A DNA stretch of 64,000 nt from Spirochaetia bacterium (GCA_963677925.2 CAXXYH010000004.1:1568001-1632000), one strand, 5' to 3'; shown: positions 38,540 through 49,156, counted from the first letter of the stretch. Program-made: numbers and translations. Notes: generated from the sequence alone by a model not told the origin.

Positions 38540-40060
38540 ATGTCAGATAAGACCAGTATTACAACAAAAATGATTCACCGCATCATCAGCTCGTCGCTTG
38601 AATGGCTTCGTGAAGGAAGAAGTTTCTCTTCTCCGGTTATCGAATACCAGGGTAAGCGGGTGAACGGTCGCTTTTATATTAATATAACCAGGGTAAATGA
38701 GCATAACATCCATCTTCAGGAAATTCTTGTTGCAAATGACGGTGAAAACCGGATTTTCCGTAACTGGAGCTTTAAAAAAGACGGATACTGGCAGGTTCTG
38801 AGCCTCGAGCGCGAGGGCAGACATGTAATTCTTGTTAACCTGCTTGATGAACTTTCAGATCTTAATATCCGGATAGACAGCATCTACCGCAGACTTAATA
38901 ATTCCGGTTTCTACTATACCGAAGAGTTTATTGCAGCTGATTATGATTACAGTTTTGAGAAGCTTTCCCTCTCTAAAGGCAGAATCTCCCGTTTTTTCAG
39001 CGGAATTTACAACGAACTGGCCCTTCATCCGGCTGTTTTTGTTCCTATTTTGTCCCTCGCTGTTCTTGTTCTGGCCTTTTTTGTAGGAAGCTACTTTGTT
39101 CAGGTTAACCGGATACAGAAAGGCCTGGATGTAACTATCGACGAATATCTTCTTCAGATAGGCAATCAGATGAAGAATATCGATTCTTTCATGGCTGATG
39201 CGGGCGGCGAGCTCGAGGTTCTGAAAGAAAATATGGAGAAATCAAAGGCTGACTTTGATTTCAACCGCCATAATGCATATGTCAATGTCATGCGGCTGGC
39301 CGAGGAACTTACAAAGTATCTTCCCGCCCGAAAGGAAGCCTACCGCCTGATAGCTTCAAATATTCTTGAATCCGTTTCCTACGGTGAAATCATATATGAA
39401 ATGTCCCAGCTCCCGTCTGAAGAGTATCAGGCGAGAATTTTTCTGGCTACCGAGGAACAGAGGGTTAACCCCCTCAGCCGCTATGCACCTGTTTTCAGTG
39501 AGATGATATATCCTGTTGAGGTGGCAGGCCTTGATAATGACGGCCGCGGCTTCCGTATTACCGACGGCTATATGGAGAAGCGTGAAGATCCTCTCGGTTC
39601 AGGAGGAGTTTCTCCGCATTTTGCTGTTGATATCATCAATGTTGCCAATATTGATTTTATTTCCTATGCCGGTGAGATAGTCAGGGAAGGCATGCCGAAC
39701 GGTGATGTAGTAGCCTCTTTTGAAGGTGTTGTAAAGCGTACAGTAGAAAATGATTCGCGATATGGAAATACGGTAGAAATATCTCATGCTCTATCCCGCG
39801 AGATAAAGACCCTCTATCCGGATGCTGAGGCCTGGACAACTTTCTATGCCCATCTTTACGAAGATATTCCAGTTCAAAAAGATGACTGGGTAAATACCGG
39901 TGATACCATTGGACTCATAGGAAATACAGGCCGTTCTACCGGTCCTCATCTTCATTTTGAAGTTCGTATTTACCGTAAATCCGGTGCCTATGCAGATGAT
40001 GACGGAAACCGTTACGACAAGGTTAACCCATTCCCTCTCAGTAATAAAAAGAAAAGCTGA
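38540..40060 (+). CDS. membrane-anchored M23 metallopeptidase with coiled-coil stalk
   Basis: Single TM, HFAVD (HxxxD), YAHL, GNTGRSTGPHLHFE. Confidence 0.85.
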   Translation: MSDKTSITTKMIHRIISSSLEWLREGRSFSSPVIEYQGKRVNGRFYINITRVNEHNIHLQEILVANDGENRIFRNWSFKKDGYWQVLSLEREGRHVILVNLLDELSDLNIRIDSIYRRLNNSGFYYTEEFIAADYDYSFEKLSLSKGRISRFFSGIYNELALHPAVFVPILSLAVLVLAFFVGSYFVQVNRIQKGLDVTIDEYLLQIGNQMKNIDSFMADAGGELEVLKENMEKSKADFDFNRHNAYVNVMRLAEELTKYLPARKEAYRLIASNILESVSYGEIIYEMSQLPSEEYQARIFLATEEQRVNPLSRYAPVFSEMIYPVEVAGLDNDGRGFRITDGYMEKREDPLGSGGVSPHFAVDIINVANIDFISYAGEIVREGMPNGDVVASFEGVVKRTVENDSRYGNTVEISHALSREIKTLYPDAEAWTTFYAHLYEDIPVQKDDWVNTGDTIGLIGNTGRSTGPHLHFEVRIYRKSGAYADDDGNRYDKVNPFPLSNKKKS

Positions 40061-40065
40061 AATTC

Positions 40066-41163
40066 TTGAAATACCGCTATGCAGCTGTGATTCCTGCAGC
40101 AGGTCTTTCTTCCCGGATGGGACAAACCAAGGCCCTGATGGAGATCGGCGGGCTTCCGGTCATTGTACGTCTAATCAGAATGATCAGGCTTGCAGGGCTG
40201 TCTGATATCATAGCTGTTACCGGACATGACTCCGAAAAGATATCTCCTGTCGCAGAAAATGCCGGTGCCCGAACAGTTTACAATCCTGATTATCCGGAAG
40301 GCATGTTAACTTCGGTCAAGGCAGGGATAAGAGCCGCAGATCCCGCCGATGCGGTATTTATGCTCCCTGTTGATATTCCGCTTGTGACTGCATTTACACT
40401 AATTTCAATGATTGAACGCTATGAAGAATCTCCCGGCAGGATTGTTTATCCGGTTTTTAATGGAAGACGGGGACATCCTCCGCTTATTCCCTCTGTAATT
40501 TTCAATGACATTTTATCATATTCGGGTAAGGGCGGATTGAGAAAGTTTCTTGAAGCGGATGAAAATCTGTCCTCTGAGCTTGATATAGATGACCCCGGAA
40601 TCCTTAGAGATATGGATACTTCTGATAACTATTCGCAGCTTGTTGATTTCTATGCTGAATGCCAGTGCCCAAAGCCTGATAAGTGTCTGAGTCTGCTGGA
40701 ATATTACAGGCTGCCTAAACCTGTTGTTAAACATAGCAAAAAGACTGCTGAACTGGCAGCAGATATAGGAAGCCGTTTGAATTCTGCCGGGCTGGAGCTT
40801 TCCATCCCCCTGCTGCGGACTTCCGGATTACTTCATGATATAGCAAAAACACGTCCTGACCATGCAGCCCGTGGTGCCGGACTGCTTCGAATCCACGGCC
40901 TTGATAAAGCAGCTGATATTACTGCAGTGCATATGGACCGGGAGTTTAAAGCCGGTGAAACTCTGTCCGAGGCTTCAATACTGTATCTTGCAGATAAACT
41001 TCTTTCGGGCTGTGAAATAAGAACCCTCGATGAGCGGAGGGCCGAGTCTCTTGCAAAAAAAGCTGCTTTACCCGAAATTATAGAGGCTGTAAACCGCCGT
41101 TTTGATGCGGCGGAGGCCATCAGGGATGAAGTAGAAAGAATACTGAAGCAGCCCCTGTTTTAA
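40066..41163 (+). CDS. MocA/MobA-like nucleotidyltransferase fused to HD domain
   Basis: AAGLSSRMG..KAL, PVDIP, GHPP, then LLHDIAK and LADK. Confidence 0.85.
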   Translation: MKYRYAAVIPAAGLSSRMGQTKALMEIGGLPVIVRLIRMIRLAGLSDIIAVTGHDSEKISPVAENAGARTVYNPDYPEGMLTSVKAGIRAADPADAVFMLPVDIPLVTAFTLISMIERYEESPGRIVYPVFNGRRGHPPLIPSVIFNDILSYSGKGGLRKFLEADENLSSELDIDDPGILRDMDTSDNYSQLVDFYAECQCPKPDKCLSLLEYYRLPKPVVKHSKKTAELAADIGSRLNSAGLELSIPLLRTSGLLHDIAKTRPDHAARGAGLLRIHGLDKAADITAVHMDREFKAGETLSEASILYLADKLLSGCEIRTLDERRAESLAKKAALPEIIEAVNRRFDAAEAIRDEVERILKQPLF

Positions 41164-42302
41164 CCTGATTTTTTAAGAACGCAGACTGTTTCCAGGTGAT
41201 AGGTTTGAGGGAACATATCAAGCGGCTGTATGAGTGCAGTCTCATATGCCTGCTCACTGAAATATTTTAGATCTCTTACAAGGTCCGGCGGTGAGCATGA
41301 AACGTAAATAACCAGCGGCACCTTGAGTTCTGCGATTGCCGCGGCATGCTTTTTGAGCCCCCTTCTTGGCGGGTCAATGATAAGGCAGTCTGATTTTTTT
41401 ATCTCACCCAGGATTCTGTTTATTGAGTGATCAATATTTCGTTCATGGTATTCAATTCTGCAGTTTGAGCTGCCTTTTAGTGCAGCCCCTTCATTCGCCT
41501 TCCTTATGGCATTTATTGAATAATCCCAGCCGTTAATCGATGATGCCCTGTCATGAAGCTGAAGTGACAGATTTCCGTCTCCGCAGAATAAGTCTGCTGC
41601 ATTGAACGCCCTGGTTCCGAAATGCTCTGTCACAGCATCAAATACAATTTTCTGCAGTTTTTCGTTCATCCGGCTGTTGACCTGGACGAAATCAGCGCCG
41701 GGATCTTTTTCACTGTAGCGGATAAGGGTGTTGGTACTCCCTGAATCGTCGAGCCAGGCATCAAGCCCTGCCGCATGGCCTTTAAACGGAGGAACTTCTG
41801 TACCATCAAGTCTTTTGTCAAGCAGCATGCACTCGCTGATTCTCATGAACTGATTGGAGGCACGTTTATAGAAACCCTTTTCAGTCCGTCCGCTGTGCCT
41901 GTTTTTATGCAGCTTGAATCTGGCTATGCGGCGGTAGTGAAACTCGTCATCTGAACCTGTAACCGGCTGTATCTTTGATGCCGCTTCATCCTGTCCGGTT
42001 TTCAGAAAAGCACTTCTAAGTTCCCGCTCCTTTTCAGCCAGCTGGGTATTGTAGCCGATATGCTGCCACTGGCAGCCTCCGCATGTTCCGAAATACTCGC
42101 ATGGAGCAGTCCGCCTGGATGCTGAGGGTTCTAATATTTTAACGATTTCAGCCTTTCGGTAGCTTTTTTCCTTTCGGGTTATCTTAACCTCAAGCAGATC
42201 GCCGGGGGCACTGAAGGGCACAAAGTAAACGATATTTTCATGACGTCCTATTCCGTCGCCGCCGTAGGCAAGCGTATCTATTCTTAATCTTAGAGTATCC
42301 AT
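41160..42302 (-). CDS. TRAM-domain RNA uracil-5-methyltransferase (RlmD/RlmC-like)
   Basis: CEYFGTCGGC, DLFCGDG, DPPR, YVSC, DMFPQTYHLE. Confidence 0.9.
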   Translation of the reverse strand: MDTLRLRIDTLAYGGDGIGRHENIVYFVPFSAPGDLLEVKITRKEKSYRKAEIVKILEPSASRRTAPCEYFGTCGGCQWQHIGYNTQLAEKERELRSAFLKTGQDEAASKIQPVTGSDDEFHYRRIARFKLHKNRHSGRTEKGFYKRASNQFMRISECMLLDKRLDGTEVPPFKGHAAGLDAWLDDSGSTNTLIRYSEKDPGADFVQVNSRMNEKLQKIVFDAVTEHFGTRAFNAADLFCGDGNLSLQLHDRASSINGWDYSINAIRKANEGAALKGSSNCRIEYHERNIDHSINRILGEIKKSDCLIIDPPRRGLKKHAAAIAELKVPLVIYVSCSPPDLVRDLKYFSEQAYETALIQPLDMFPQTYHLETVCVLKKSG

Positions 42303-42321
42303 CGCTGCATAATAGCTTAGA

Positions 42322-43089
42322 TCAATATTTTACAGCAACGGTCGAAGCATCGATCCTGTGGATTCTCACTGTGATTCCGTAAAGCTCTGACAGTTTTTCT
42401 TCTGTAAAAAGCTCATGAAGGCTTCCGAATTCAATATTTCCTTTCTCCGGCATCATGATCAGGCTGTCTGCAATATCAGCTGCGGATTCCGGGGAGTGTG
42501 TTGTGAATATTACGGTACGGTTTTCATCTTTAAATGTCTTAATAATATCAAGCATCTGCCTGCGCCTTGAAGGGTCCAGGTGGTTTGACGGTTCATCCAA
42601 AAGCAGTATGTCCGGCTCCTGGGCAAGTGATCTTGCCATCAGCATTATCCTGGCTTCTCCTCCGCTGAGCGTCGGTATTTTCTGTTTTTCAAGATGTCTG
42701 CCGCTGACCCTCTCAAGAGCTGTTTTTACAGCTCTGTAATCAGTTCTGCCAGGCTGCTGAAGCGGCTGCAGGTATGGAGCCCTGCCAAGAAGCACATATT
42801 CCTGCACTGTATAATCAAAGCCCGGGTTTTCTGTCTGTGGAAGAAGGCTTATGGATCTTCCCCTTTCTGCATGACTGAGGACGGACAGCGGCCGGCCTCC
42901 AGTGAAAATTCGTCCGGAGTCAGGTTTCAGCCAGCCTAAAAGCAGATGCAGCAGTGTTGTTTTTCCTGAACCGTTCGGGCCGATTACTGCGCATATCTCA
43001 CCTTGAGGAATCTCCAATGTAAGATTATCAATAATTTTTTTTCCGCCGTATGAAAAACTGATATTTTCAAGTCTGTATGAGCAGTTCAT
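42322..43089 (-). CDS. metal-chelate (Fe/cobalamin) ABC transporter ATPase
   Basis: GPNGSGKTT, LSGGE, LLDEP. Confidence 0.9.
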   Translation of the reverse strand: MNCSYRLENISFSYGGKKIIDNLTLEIPQGEICAVIGPNGSGKTTLLHLLLGWLKPDSGRIFTGGRPLSVLSHAERGRSISLLPQTENPGFDYTVQEYVLLGRAPYLQPLQQPGRTDYRAVKTALERVSGRHLEKQKIPTLSGGEARIMLMARSLAQEPDILLLDEPSNHLDPSRRRQMLDIIKTFKDENRTVIFTTHSPESAADIADSLIMMPEKGNIEFGSLHELFTEEKLSELYGITVRIHRIDASTVAVKY

Positions 43090-44090
43090 CAGCCTGCAGC
43101 CTCCGTTTCGGGTCGGGTCATTATCAGGATGAACAATAGAACCCCTATGAGCGCTGTAAGAATCCCCAGCGGTATTTCTCCCGGAAGCAGAGCTCTTGAA
43201 ATATCATCGCATAACAGTCCGAATATACCTCCTGCAAGAGCAGCTCCCGGAAGAGCGTATCTGGCATCCGCTCCGAAGATTCTGCGTGAAAGATGGGGTA
43301 CTATAAGTCCCGCCCACTGGACGATTCCGGAAAGTGAAATCATTGCAGTGACCGGAATGACTGCCAGAAGCAGTACTGCCGCTCTTCCTGTTTTCGGGTT
43401 TATGCCAAGGCTGTATGCTGTCTGGTCTGAAGCTGCAAATATGTTTATCCGCCATCTGAACAGAATTAGAACAGTCATGGGGATAATAACCAGGGGCAGC
43501 ACTGTTATAACCTGTTTTGATGTTATCCCTGATAAGCCGCCCAGGAGCCAGAAGGTAAGCTCCGGAAGCTGGGTCAGGGGGTCGGCAAGTGTTTTTATAA
43601 GTCCCAGCCCGGCTGAGAAAAGGGCTGAAACAGCTATGCCTGCAAGAATAAGCCGCAGAAGCCAGCCTCCGAACCTTAGTTTATGGGCGATCAGATAACT
43701 AAGTACAAGGCCTGTAAGGCCGAATACTGCTGCCGAAGCCTGTGTCCACAGCATTGCCTGTCCCCCAAGCAGTATGGCAAGTCCCGCTCCGAATGCCGCT
43801 CCCTGGCTTACACCCAGGAATCCGGGTTCTACAAGCGGATTGGAGAATATGAGCTGAAAAACAAAGCCTCCGCAGCCAAGTGCAGCCCCCAGCAGGACCG
43901 CCGCCGTACAGCGCGGCAGACGGATTGAGACAAATATCTTTAATGCCATAGGGTCGTTTTTAAGTGTAGAAATACTGTTTATCCCTGGATTGGGGTAGCG
44001 GCCCAGCAGGAGCGAGAATGCGAAAATTAGTAGCAGTCCCGCTGAAAGCAGAACCAGACCGGTTCGCCCGGAAAGCCCCGGCCTTCTCAC
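43089..44090 (-). CDS. FecCD/BtuC family permease
   Basis: RLPR, NPLVEPGFLGVSQGA, GLIVPH, GEIPLG. Confidence 0.9.
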   Translation of the reverse strand: MRRPGLSGRTGLVLLSAGLLLIFAFSLLLGRYPNPGINSISTLKNDPMALKIFVSIRLPRCTAAVLLGAALGCGGFVFQLIFSNPLVEPGFLGVSQGAAFGAGLAILLGGQAMLWTQASAAVFGLTGLVLSYLIAHKLRFGGWLLRLILAGIAVSALFSAGLGLIKTLADPLTQLPELTFWLLGGLSGITSKQVITVLPLVIIPMTVLILFRWRINIFAASDQTAYSLGINPKTGRAAVLLLAVIPVTAMISLSGIVQWAGLIVPHLSRRIFGADARYALPGAALAGGIFGLLCDDISRALLPGEIPLGILTALIGVLLFILIMTRPETEAAG

Positions 44091-45109
44091 CTGTAATCTC
44101 CTGTGATTCTTGGAACGATTTCTGTCCGGGTTTTTTCACTGTTAAATCCGTAAACAGTGCTGTAAAAGCTGAAAAGTTTCTCATCAAGTCTCCCGGCGGG
44201 GAAAACATCGGGATGAAGCCGGTATCCAAGCCAGTTTAGGCCCAGTATCCATCTTGGATCTGGCTGATCCCAGCTTAAAAAATCTCCCGGAAAGGCAAGG
44301 ATTTCAGATTCAAGAAGCTTCCATACCGGATCTTTCTGCAGACTTGCAGTTACTGCAGCTGAATCATCATGATATGTAACAAGAAGTATTTTTTCAGGTT
44401 TCCATGCTGCTATCTGTTCAAATGAAACCGTCTGCCAGCTTTCCGAGGTAAGGCCTTCGGTCCACACCGGCTCACCTCCGGCCCATTGAACCATCCTTGT
44501 CTGTATCCAGTCAGCAGGAGGCACTTTCAATAATGTACTTCCGCCTTTTCGGCTGTAATAGAGAAATAGAACCCTGGATTTTGGGATTTCCGATCGCGAA
44601 ACAAGGGTCTGAGCTTCAATTCTTTCTTCTCTAAAATATGCTCTAAGATCTTCCGCCCTCAGGGGATTTCCGAAAAGATTTCCGAGAAGTTGAAGTTCAT
44701 CGTCATACTGTTCAGGCGACTCCATATTTATAAAAATCAGTGGTATTCCAAGCTTGTTCAGGCTCTCCGCTGCACTGCGCATATAGCTCTTAAGGACTAT
44801 TGCTGTAGGTTTATATGAGGCTGCTGTTTCGGGCTGAATTTCCATATCCAGAACAGCTTTTGTTTTAAATTCCGGGTCAACAAGCTGCTGAAAGCTGCCT
44901 CCGGCCTGGCTGGTACTTCCCATGGCAATCAGAGTATCGGGTGCTTCCGGAAACATGTAAAGCATATTCAATACAAGTGTATTTCCTCTTCCCCAGCATA
45001 TAATGCGCGGAGGTTCTGTAAGGTCAGAGGCTTCTGCGATAATCGGGGCTATTGATATTACTGCAAAAAGAAGAAAGAGGGCTTTTGATTTGATTTTTGA
45101 AATTTTCAT
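44087..45109 (-). CDS. ABC substrate-binding protein (BtuF/FepB-like)
   Basis: Signal peptide from ATG 45109; VSFEQIAAWKP, SWDQPDPRWILG. Confidence 0.85.
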   Translation of the reverse strand: MKISKIKSKALFLLFAVISIAPIIAEASDLTEPPRIICWGRGNTLVLNMLYMFPEAPDTLIAMGSTSQAGGSFQQLVDPEFKTKAVLDMEIQPETAASYKPTAIVLKSYMRSAAESLNKLGIPLIFINMESPEQYDDELQLLGNLFGNPLRAEDLRAYFREERIEAQTLVSRSEIPKSRVLFLYYSRKGGSTLLKVPPADWIQTRMVQWAGGEPVWTEGLTSESWQTVSFEQIAAWKPEKILLVTYHDDSAAVTASLQKDPVWKLLESEILAFPGDFLSWDQPDPRWILGLNWLGYRLHPDVFPAGRLDEKLFSFYSTVYGFNSEKTRTEIVPRITGDYR

Positions 45110-45133
45110 AGCAGGATCCTGTAAATCTGAATG

Positions 45134-45180
45134 ATATGAGCTTCTTGCAAAACTAACCGGGTTTTGCAGGAAGCTTATAT
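45134..45180. repeat. 20-bp inverted repeat upstream of ABC operon
   Basis: ATATGAGCTTCTTGCAAAAC-TAACCGG-GTTTTGCAGGAAGCTTATAT; both mismatches are G-U on + strand. Confidence 0.75.
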
Positions 45181-45238
45181 ATTTTGTCACAGGGGGAGGG
45201 TTCATGCAATTGATATTTTTTTCGAAATATGCTTTAAT

Positions 45239-45449
45239 ACAGCATCAGCGGTAATAAGGCGGGTATTTATTGATATTTGCGTAGTTGCTGACTGTTTTAA
45301 TGATAATTTATATTTTTATTCATGAATTATTAACATTCATGGTATAGTATATTATATATAAGAAAAAGAATTGTTTCAGATGACAGAACCCTGGTTACAT
45401 CGGCGGACAGAGGATCTTACGATTGAGGGTTTATCATCTGATTTTTTTT
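45239..45449 (+). ncRNA. candidate small structured RNA(s), unassigned
   Basis: Two promoter-like motifs each followed by a long G-U-containing hairpin and a T-run; no ORF. Confidence 0.3.
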
Positions 45450-45490
45450 GCCCTGATAAAAACAGCGTTTATAAGAAGCTGACTTAATAT

Positions 45491-45530
45491 AAAAAAAAGA
45501 GGATGAAGCGCTAGGCTGCATCCTCTTTTT
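45491..45530 (-). terminator. intrinsic terminator
   Basis: AAAAAGAGGATG..CATCCTCTTTTT hairpin just after the 45547 stop. Confidence 0.8.
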
Positions 45531-45546
45531 ATAAATAATAAAAGAA

Positions 45547-46011
45547 TTAGATACCGATTTTGGTCTTGAGGCCGAAGGTTACAACTCCTCCGTCTGATAC
45601 ATTAAAAACTCCGCCGTTGGTTGCAAGCCAGTCTACAAATACACCCATTCCTGTGAAAAGACCGTCTTTTTTGGTGAAAAAGTCGTATTCAAGACCTGCA
45701 CCGAAAGCAACTATTGGACCTGCAGTTTCAGCACCGGTAAAAAGTGAAATATAGGCGTTGTCAACCGGACTGACAGCTACATTGACTGCAGCTACACTGG
45801 TACCGCCGATGTCGAAAAACTTGAATCCGCCGCTGAAAGTGTTGTTGAAGTTGTAATCAACTCCGTAAACCTGTGTTGCATCAATTGTGTCTGCGATCAT
45901 GTCGTAACCTGCGCCTGCTCCTAGTGTGAAACTGAAGTGATCAGGACCTTCTGCAAATGCGCCTGCTGCTGCAACTAAAGCCACCAGCATAATCAGTACT
46001 ATTTTTTTCAT
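45547..46011 (-). CDS. exported protein, probable small outer-membrane beta-barrel
   Basis: Signal peptide ending AFA; alternating amphipathic strands (FSFTLGAGAGY, FGAGLEYDF, FGLKTKIGI); AGGAG RBS. Confidence 0.7.
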   Translation of the reverse strand: MKKIVLIMLVALVAAAGAFAEGPDHFSFTLGAGAGYDMIADTIDATQVYGVDYNFNNTFSGGFKFFDIGGTSVAAVNVAVSPVDNAYISLFTGAETAGPIVAFGAGLEYDFFTKKDGLFTGMGVFVDWLATNGGVFNVSDGGVVTFGLKTKIGI

Positions 46012-46146
46012 TAAGTACTCCTTTAAATAGTTTTGAATACTAAGTTAATAAAATGATTCTTCAGGGTCAACAAATACTGTGGCTTACTTTGCTTTTTAGG
46101 GTAAAGCCCTATACTTCAGGCACCGTTCATCATCGAAGTGCCCTGA

Positions 46147-47463
46147 TTACGGCTGTTGCCAGGCAAGCGGCAGATGATCGTTTATCAAAGCGCTGCCGTT
46201 TTCGAACTCGGTATGGAGCGTACTTGTACCTACATTCCAGCCGGAAAGATTCTGATTAAAGAGTTTGGCGTCAAAGAACATCCAACTCATATTGGTAACA
46301 CTGCTGACATTCCATTTTGAGAGATCTGCATTAAATTTATAAGCAGTGTCAAACATTGATTCCATATCTGTAACATTACCAACATTCCATTGTGAGATAT
46401 CTCCATTAAATACATATGCACGGACGAACATGCAATACATGTTTTTGACTTTATCAACACTCCAGCCGGAGATTTCCTGATTGAAAGTAATGGTATTGGC
46501 GAACATCCAGCTCATATCTTCAACATTGCCTACTTCCCAGCCTGAGATGTCCTGGTTGAAGGATTCAGCTGCATAGAACATCCAGCTCATATCTTCAACG
46601 CTGCTGACATCCCAGTCGGATATGTCCTGGTTGAAGGATTTGGCATTGCTGAACATATGATTCATATCTTTAACATTACTCACATCCCAGCCTGAAATAT
46701 CCTGGTTGAAACTTGTAAAATTTAAAAACAAATTATTCATATCAGTTATACCGGAAGTATCTGCCATACTAACGTTTAGATTATTTAAAATCATGGTGTC
46801 AAGTTCGGATCTATCAACGGTAATAAGCAGATTAACATCATACTCGCGGGTGCTGCCATCCTCTGCGGTTATTTTAAATACCACTGTATAAGAAAAATCG
46901 TCGGCGGAAGAATCGGTTTCCTGTTCCACACCGTCTGCAATAACTGAAACTCCTGTAGTTGTATATGTTGGAATAAGTGAGCTTACTATGGTGCTGATAT
47001 CTGCTGAGTATGGAATCCTGAGGGTTATCGCATTACCATCAATTACTCCAATCAAATCCTCACTTAATTTTGGATTCTTTTCACTTAAAAACGAGAACGA
47101 TGTAATCTCTCTGGCAGGATTCAGGGCTGCAGTAACTGTAACGGCATAATCTGAGGTACTGCCGTCTTCGGCTGTTACTCTATACGTTACCGGGGAAGTG
47201 AAATCATTAGCTGTTTCTCCGCTTACCTGTTCAATGCCATTAACCGAGACGCTTATACCGGTTGTTGTAAAGCTTGCAACCAGACTGCTTAAGTCTGTTG
47301 CATATGGTACAGTAACCGCTATTGCTGACCCGGTAATCTCTGCAATTGCCGCGGGGCTGATATCATTAAAACTGAATTCTGTTAAATCTGAAGTGGAGTT
47401 TGAGCATCCTGATATTACGGCTGCTATGAAAAGCGCCGGAAGCAATTGTTTTAGTTTTTTCAT
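46147..47463 (-). CDS. BspA/DUF285 repeat surface lipoprotein with two Ig-like stalk modules
   Basis: Lipobox ISGC; NDFTSPVTYRVTAEDGS and DFSYTVVFKITAEDGS modules; FNQDISxWDVSxVxDMxxMF repeats. Confidence 0.88.
   Translation of the reverse strand: MKKLKQLLPALFIAAVISGCSNSTSDLTEFSFNDISPAAIAEITGSAIAVTVPYATDLSSLVASFTTTGISVSVNGIEQVSGETANDFTSPVTYRVTAEDGSTSDYAVTVTAALNPAREITSFSFLSEKNPKLSEDLIGVIDGNAITLRIPYSADISTIVSSLIPTYTTTGVSVIADGVEQETDSSADDFSYTVVFKITAEDGSTREYDVNLLITVDRSELDTMILNNLNVSMADTSGITDMNNLFLNFTSFNQDISGWDVSNVKDMNHMFSNAKSFNQDISDWDVSSVEDMSWMFYAAESFNQDISGWEVGNVEDMSWMFANTITFNQEISGWSVDKVKNMYCMFVRAYVFNGDISQWNVGNVTDMESMFDTAYKFNADLSKWNVSSVTNMSWMFFDAKLFNQNLSGWNVGTSTLHTEFENGSALINDHLPLAWQQP
46228..46713 (-). 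repeat. about 6.5 tandem 75-bp (25-aa) DUF285 coding repeats
   Basis: TTGAA anchor recurs at 46485, 46560, 46635 and 46710. Confidence 0.85.
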
Positions 47464-47513
47464 ATATTTCTCCTGTATCTATAAGAAATAATAAAGTGAA
47501 CGCCGGAATTAAT

Positions 47514-47537
47514 CGTACGGATTTATAAATCCGTACG
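47514..47537. promoter_or_regulatory. perfect 24-bp palindrome, operator candidate
   Basis: CGTACGGATTTA|TAAATCCGTACG between divergent lipoprotein gene and glpK. Confidence 0.55.
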
Positions 47538-47637
47538 TTTTTTATTAATTTTTAATCCATAAAATTGATGAAATCATGATTCAATTTCTTATTGTGTTAT
47601 TTACCCACAGATTATAAAATGTCCTCCAGAGGTCCTT

Positions 47638-49152
47638 ATGAAAAAAAAATATGTCGGTGCAGTTGATCAGGGCACTACAAGTACAAGATTTATACTTTTT
47701 AATAAAAAAGGTCTGATAGAACATTCCTATCAGCTTGAACATAGGCAGATATTTCCAAAACCGGGCTGGGTTGAACATGACCCAATTGAAATATGGGAGA
47801 AAACCTGCACGGTTATTACAGAAACACTTAAAAGAAACAGTATCAGTCCTGATGAAATTGATTCCATCGGTATTACAAACCAGCGTGAAACAACGGTGGT
47901 CTGGGACCGCTATACGGGAAAACCTCTTCATAATGCCATTGTCTGGCAGGATACCAGAACCGGCGATATCATTGCACGTGCATCAGGCTCTGAAGGTCCG
48001 GATCGCTACCGTGAAAAGGTAGGCCTGCCTTTGAATACCTACTTTGCCGGGTCAAAAATGCAGTGGCTTTCGGAGAATTCTGAAGAGGTAAAATCGGCAG
48101 TAGAGAAGGGCCGCGCTGTATTTGGAACAATTGATTCATGGGTAGTATGGAACCTGACAGGCGGTGCAGACGGCGGTTCTTTTGTTACAGATGTTACCAA
48201 TGCCAGCAGAACTCTTCTGATGGATCTAAAAACACTGCAGTGGGATTCCGGGATGATGGAAGTTTTTAACGTTAATCCCGATTCTCTTCCCGAAATCCGG
48301 TCTTCCTCAGCTGCTGAACCCTATGGATTTACCAGGACGGATGGTCCTTTCGGTGCTTCCATACCTGTCTGCGGTATACTTGGGGATCAGCAGGCCGCCA
48401 TGTTCGGTCAGGCCTGTTTTAATCAGGGAAACAGCAAGAATACCTACGGAACCGGCTGTTTTATGCTGGCAAATACCGGTGAAGATATCGTTCATTCAAA
48501 ATACGGGCTTTTAACCACTGTCCTGTACAGAATAGGTAAGGAGAATCCCTGTTATGCCCTGGAAGGCTCAGTTGCCGTCGCAGGATCTCTTGTACAGTGG
48601 ATTCGGGATAATCTGGGGCTGATACAGAATTCCCCCGATATCGAGGAGCTTGCACTGAAGGTTGATGATAACGGCGGTGTGTATTTCGTTCCTGCTTTTT
48701 CGGGCTTATTTGCTCCCAGATGGCGTCCCGATGCAAGGGGGCTGATAATCGGCCTGACCGGCTACGCAAACTCATCCCACATAGCACGTGCCGTTCTGGA
48801 ATCCACCGCATTCCAAACACTTGAAATCTTCGATGCCATGGAAAAAGATGCCGGTATTGAGATTGATTCGCTGAAGGTTGACGGCGGTATGACTGCCAAT
48901 AACCTGCTTATGCAGTTTCAGGCTGATCTGCTTGATGTTCCGGTAATCAAACCCGTTGTTTCCGAAACCACAGCCCTTGGCGCCGCCTATGCCGCAGGAC
49001 TTGCTACAGGCTTCTGGGCTGACCGCAGGGAACTTTCTGAACACTGGGTTGAAGACAGACGATGGCTGCCGAAGATGAGCCAGAGTGAAAGGGAGTCGAG
49101 ATTTAAGGGCTGGAACCGCGCAGTGGAAAGAACATATAACTGGGAGACGTAA
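47638..49152 (+). CDS. glpK: glycerol kinase
   Basis: [46 protein letters not shown]. Confidence 0.96.
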   Translation: MKKKYVGAVDQGTTSTRFILFNKKGLIEHSYQLEHRQIFPKPGWVEHDPIEIWEKTCTVITETLKRNSISPDEIDSIGITNQRETTVVWDRYTGKPLHNAIVWQDTRTGDIIARASGSEGPDRYREKVGLPLNTYFAGSKMQWLSENSEEVKSAVEKGRAVFGTIDSWVVWNLTGGADGGSFVTDVTNASRTLLMDLKTLQWDSGMMEVFNVNPDSLPEIRSSSAAEPYGFTRTDGPFGASIPVCGILGDQQAAMFGQACFNQGNSKNTYGTGCFMLANTGEDIVHSKYGLLTTVLYRIGKENPCYALEGSVAVAGSLVQWIRDNLGLIQNSPDIEELALKVDDNGGVYFVPAFSGLFAPRWRPDARGLIIGLTGYANSSHIARAVLESTAFQTLEIFDAMEKDAGIEIDSLKVDGGMTANNLLMQFQADLLDVPVIKPVVSETTALGAAYAAGLATGFWADRRELSEHWVEDRRWLPKMSQSERESRFKGWNRAVERTYNWET

Positions 49153-49156
49153 GTAA

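Noticed and set aside
45110-45360. Cobalamin riboswitch or Fur box upstream of the metal-chelate ABC operon
   Set aside because: No B12-box motifs were recognised on the - strand; AATGATAATTTATATT is only a partial Fur-like match in very AT-rich DNA.
46228-46713. 75-bp periodic repeats as a CRISPR array
   Set aside because: They are degenerate, in-frame coding repeats of a DUF285 protein, with no spacers or cas genes.
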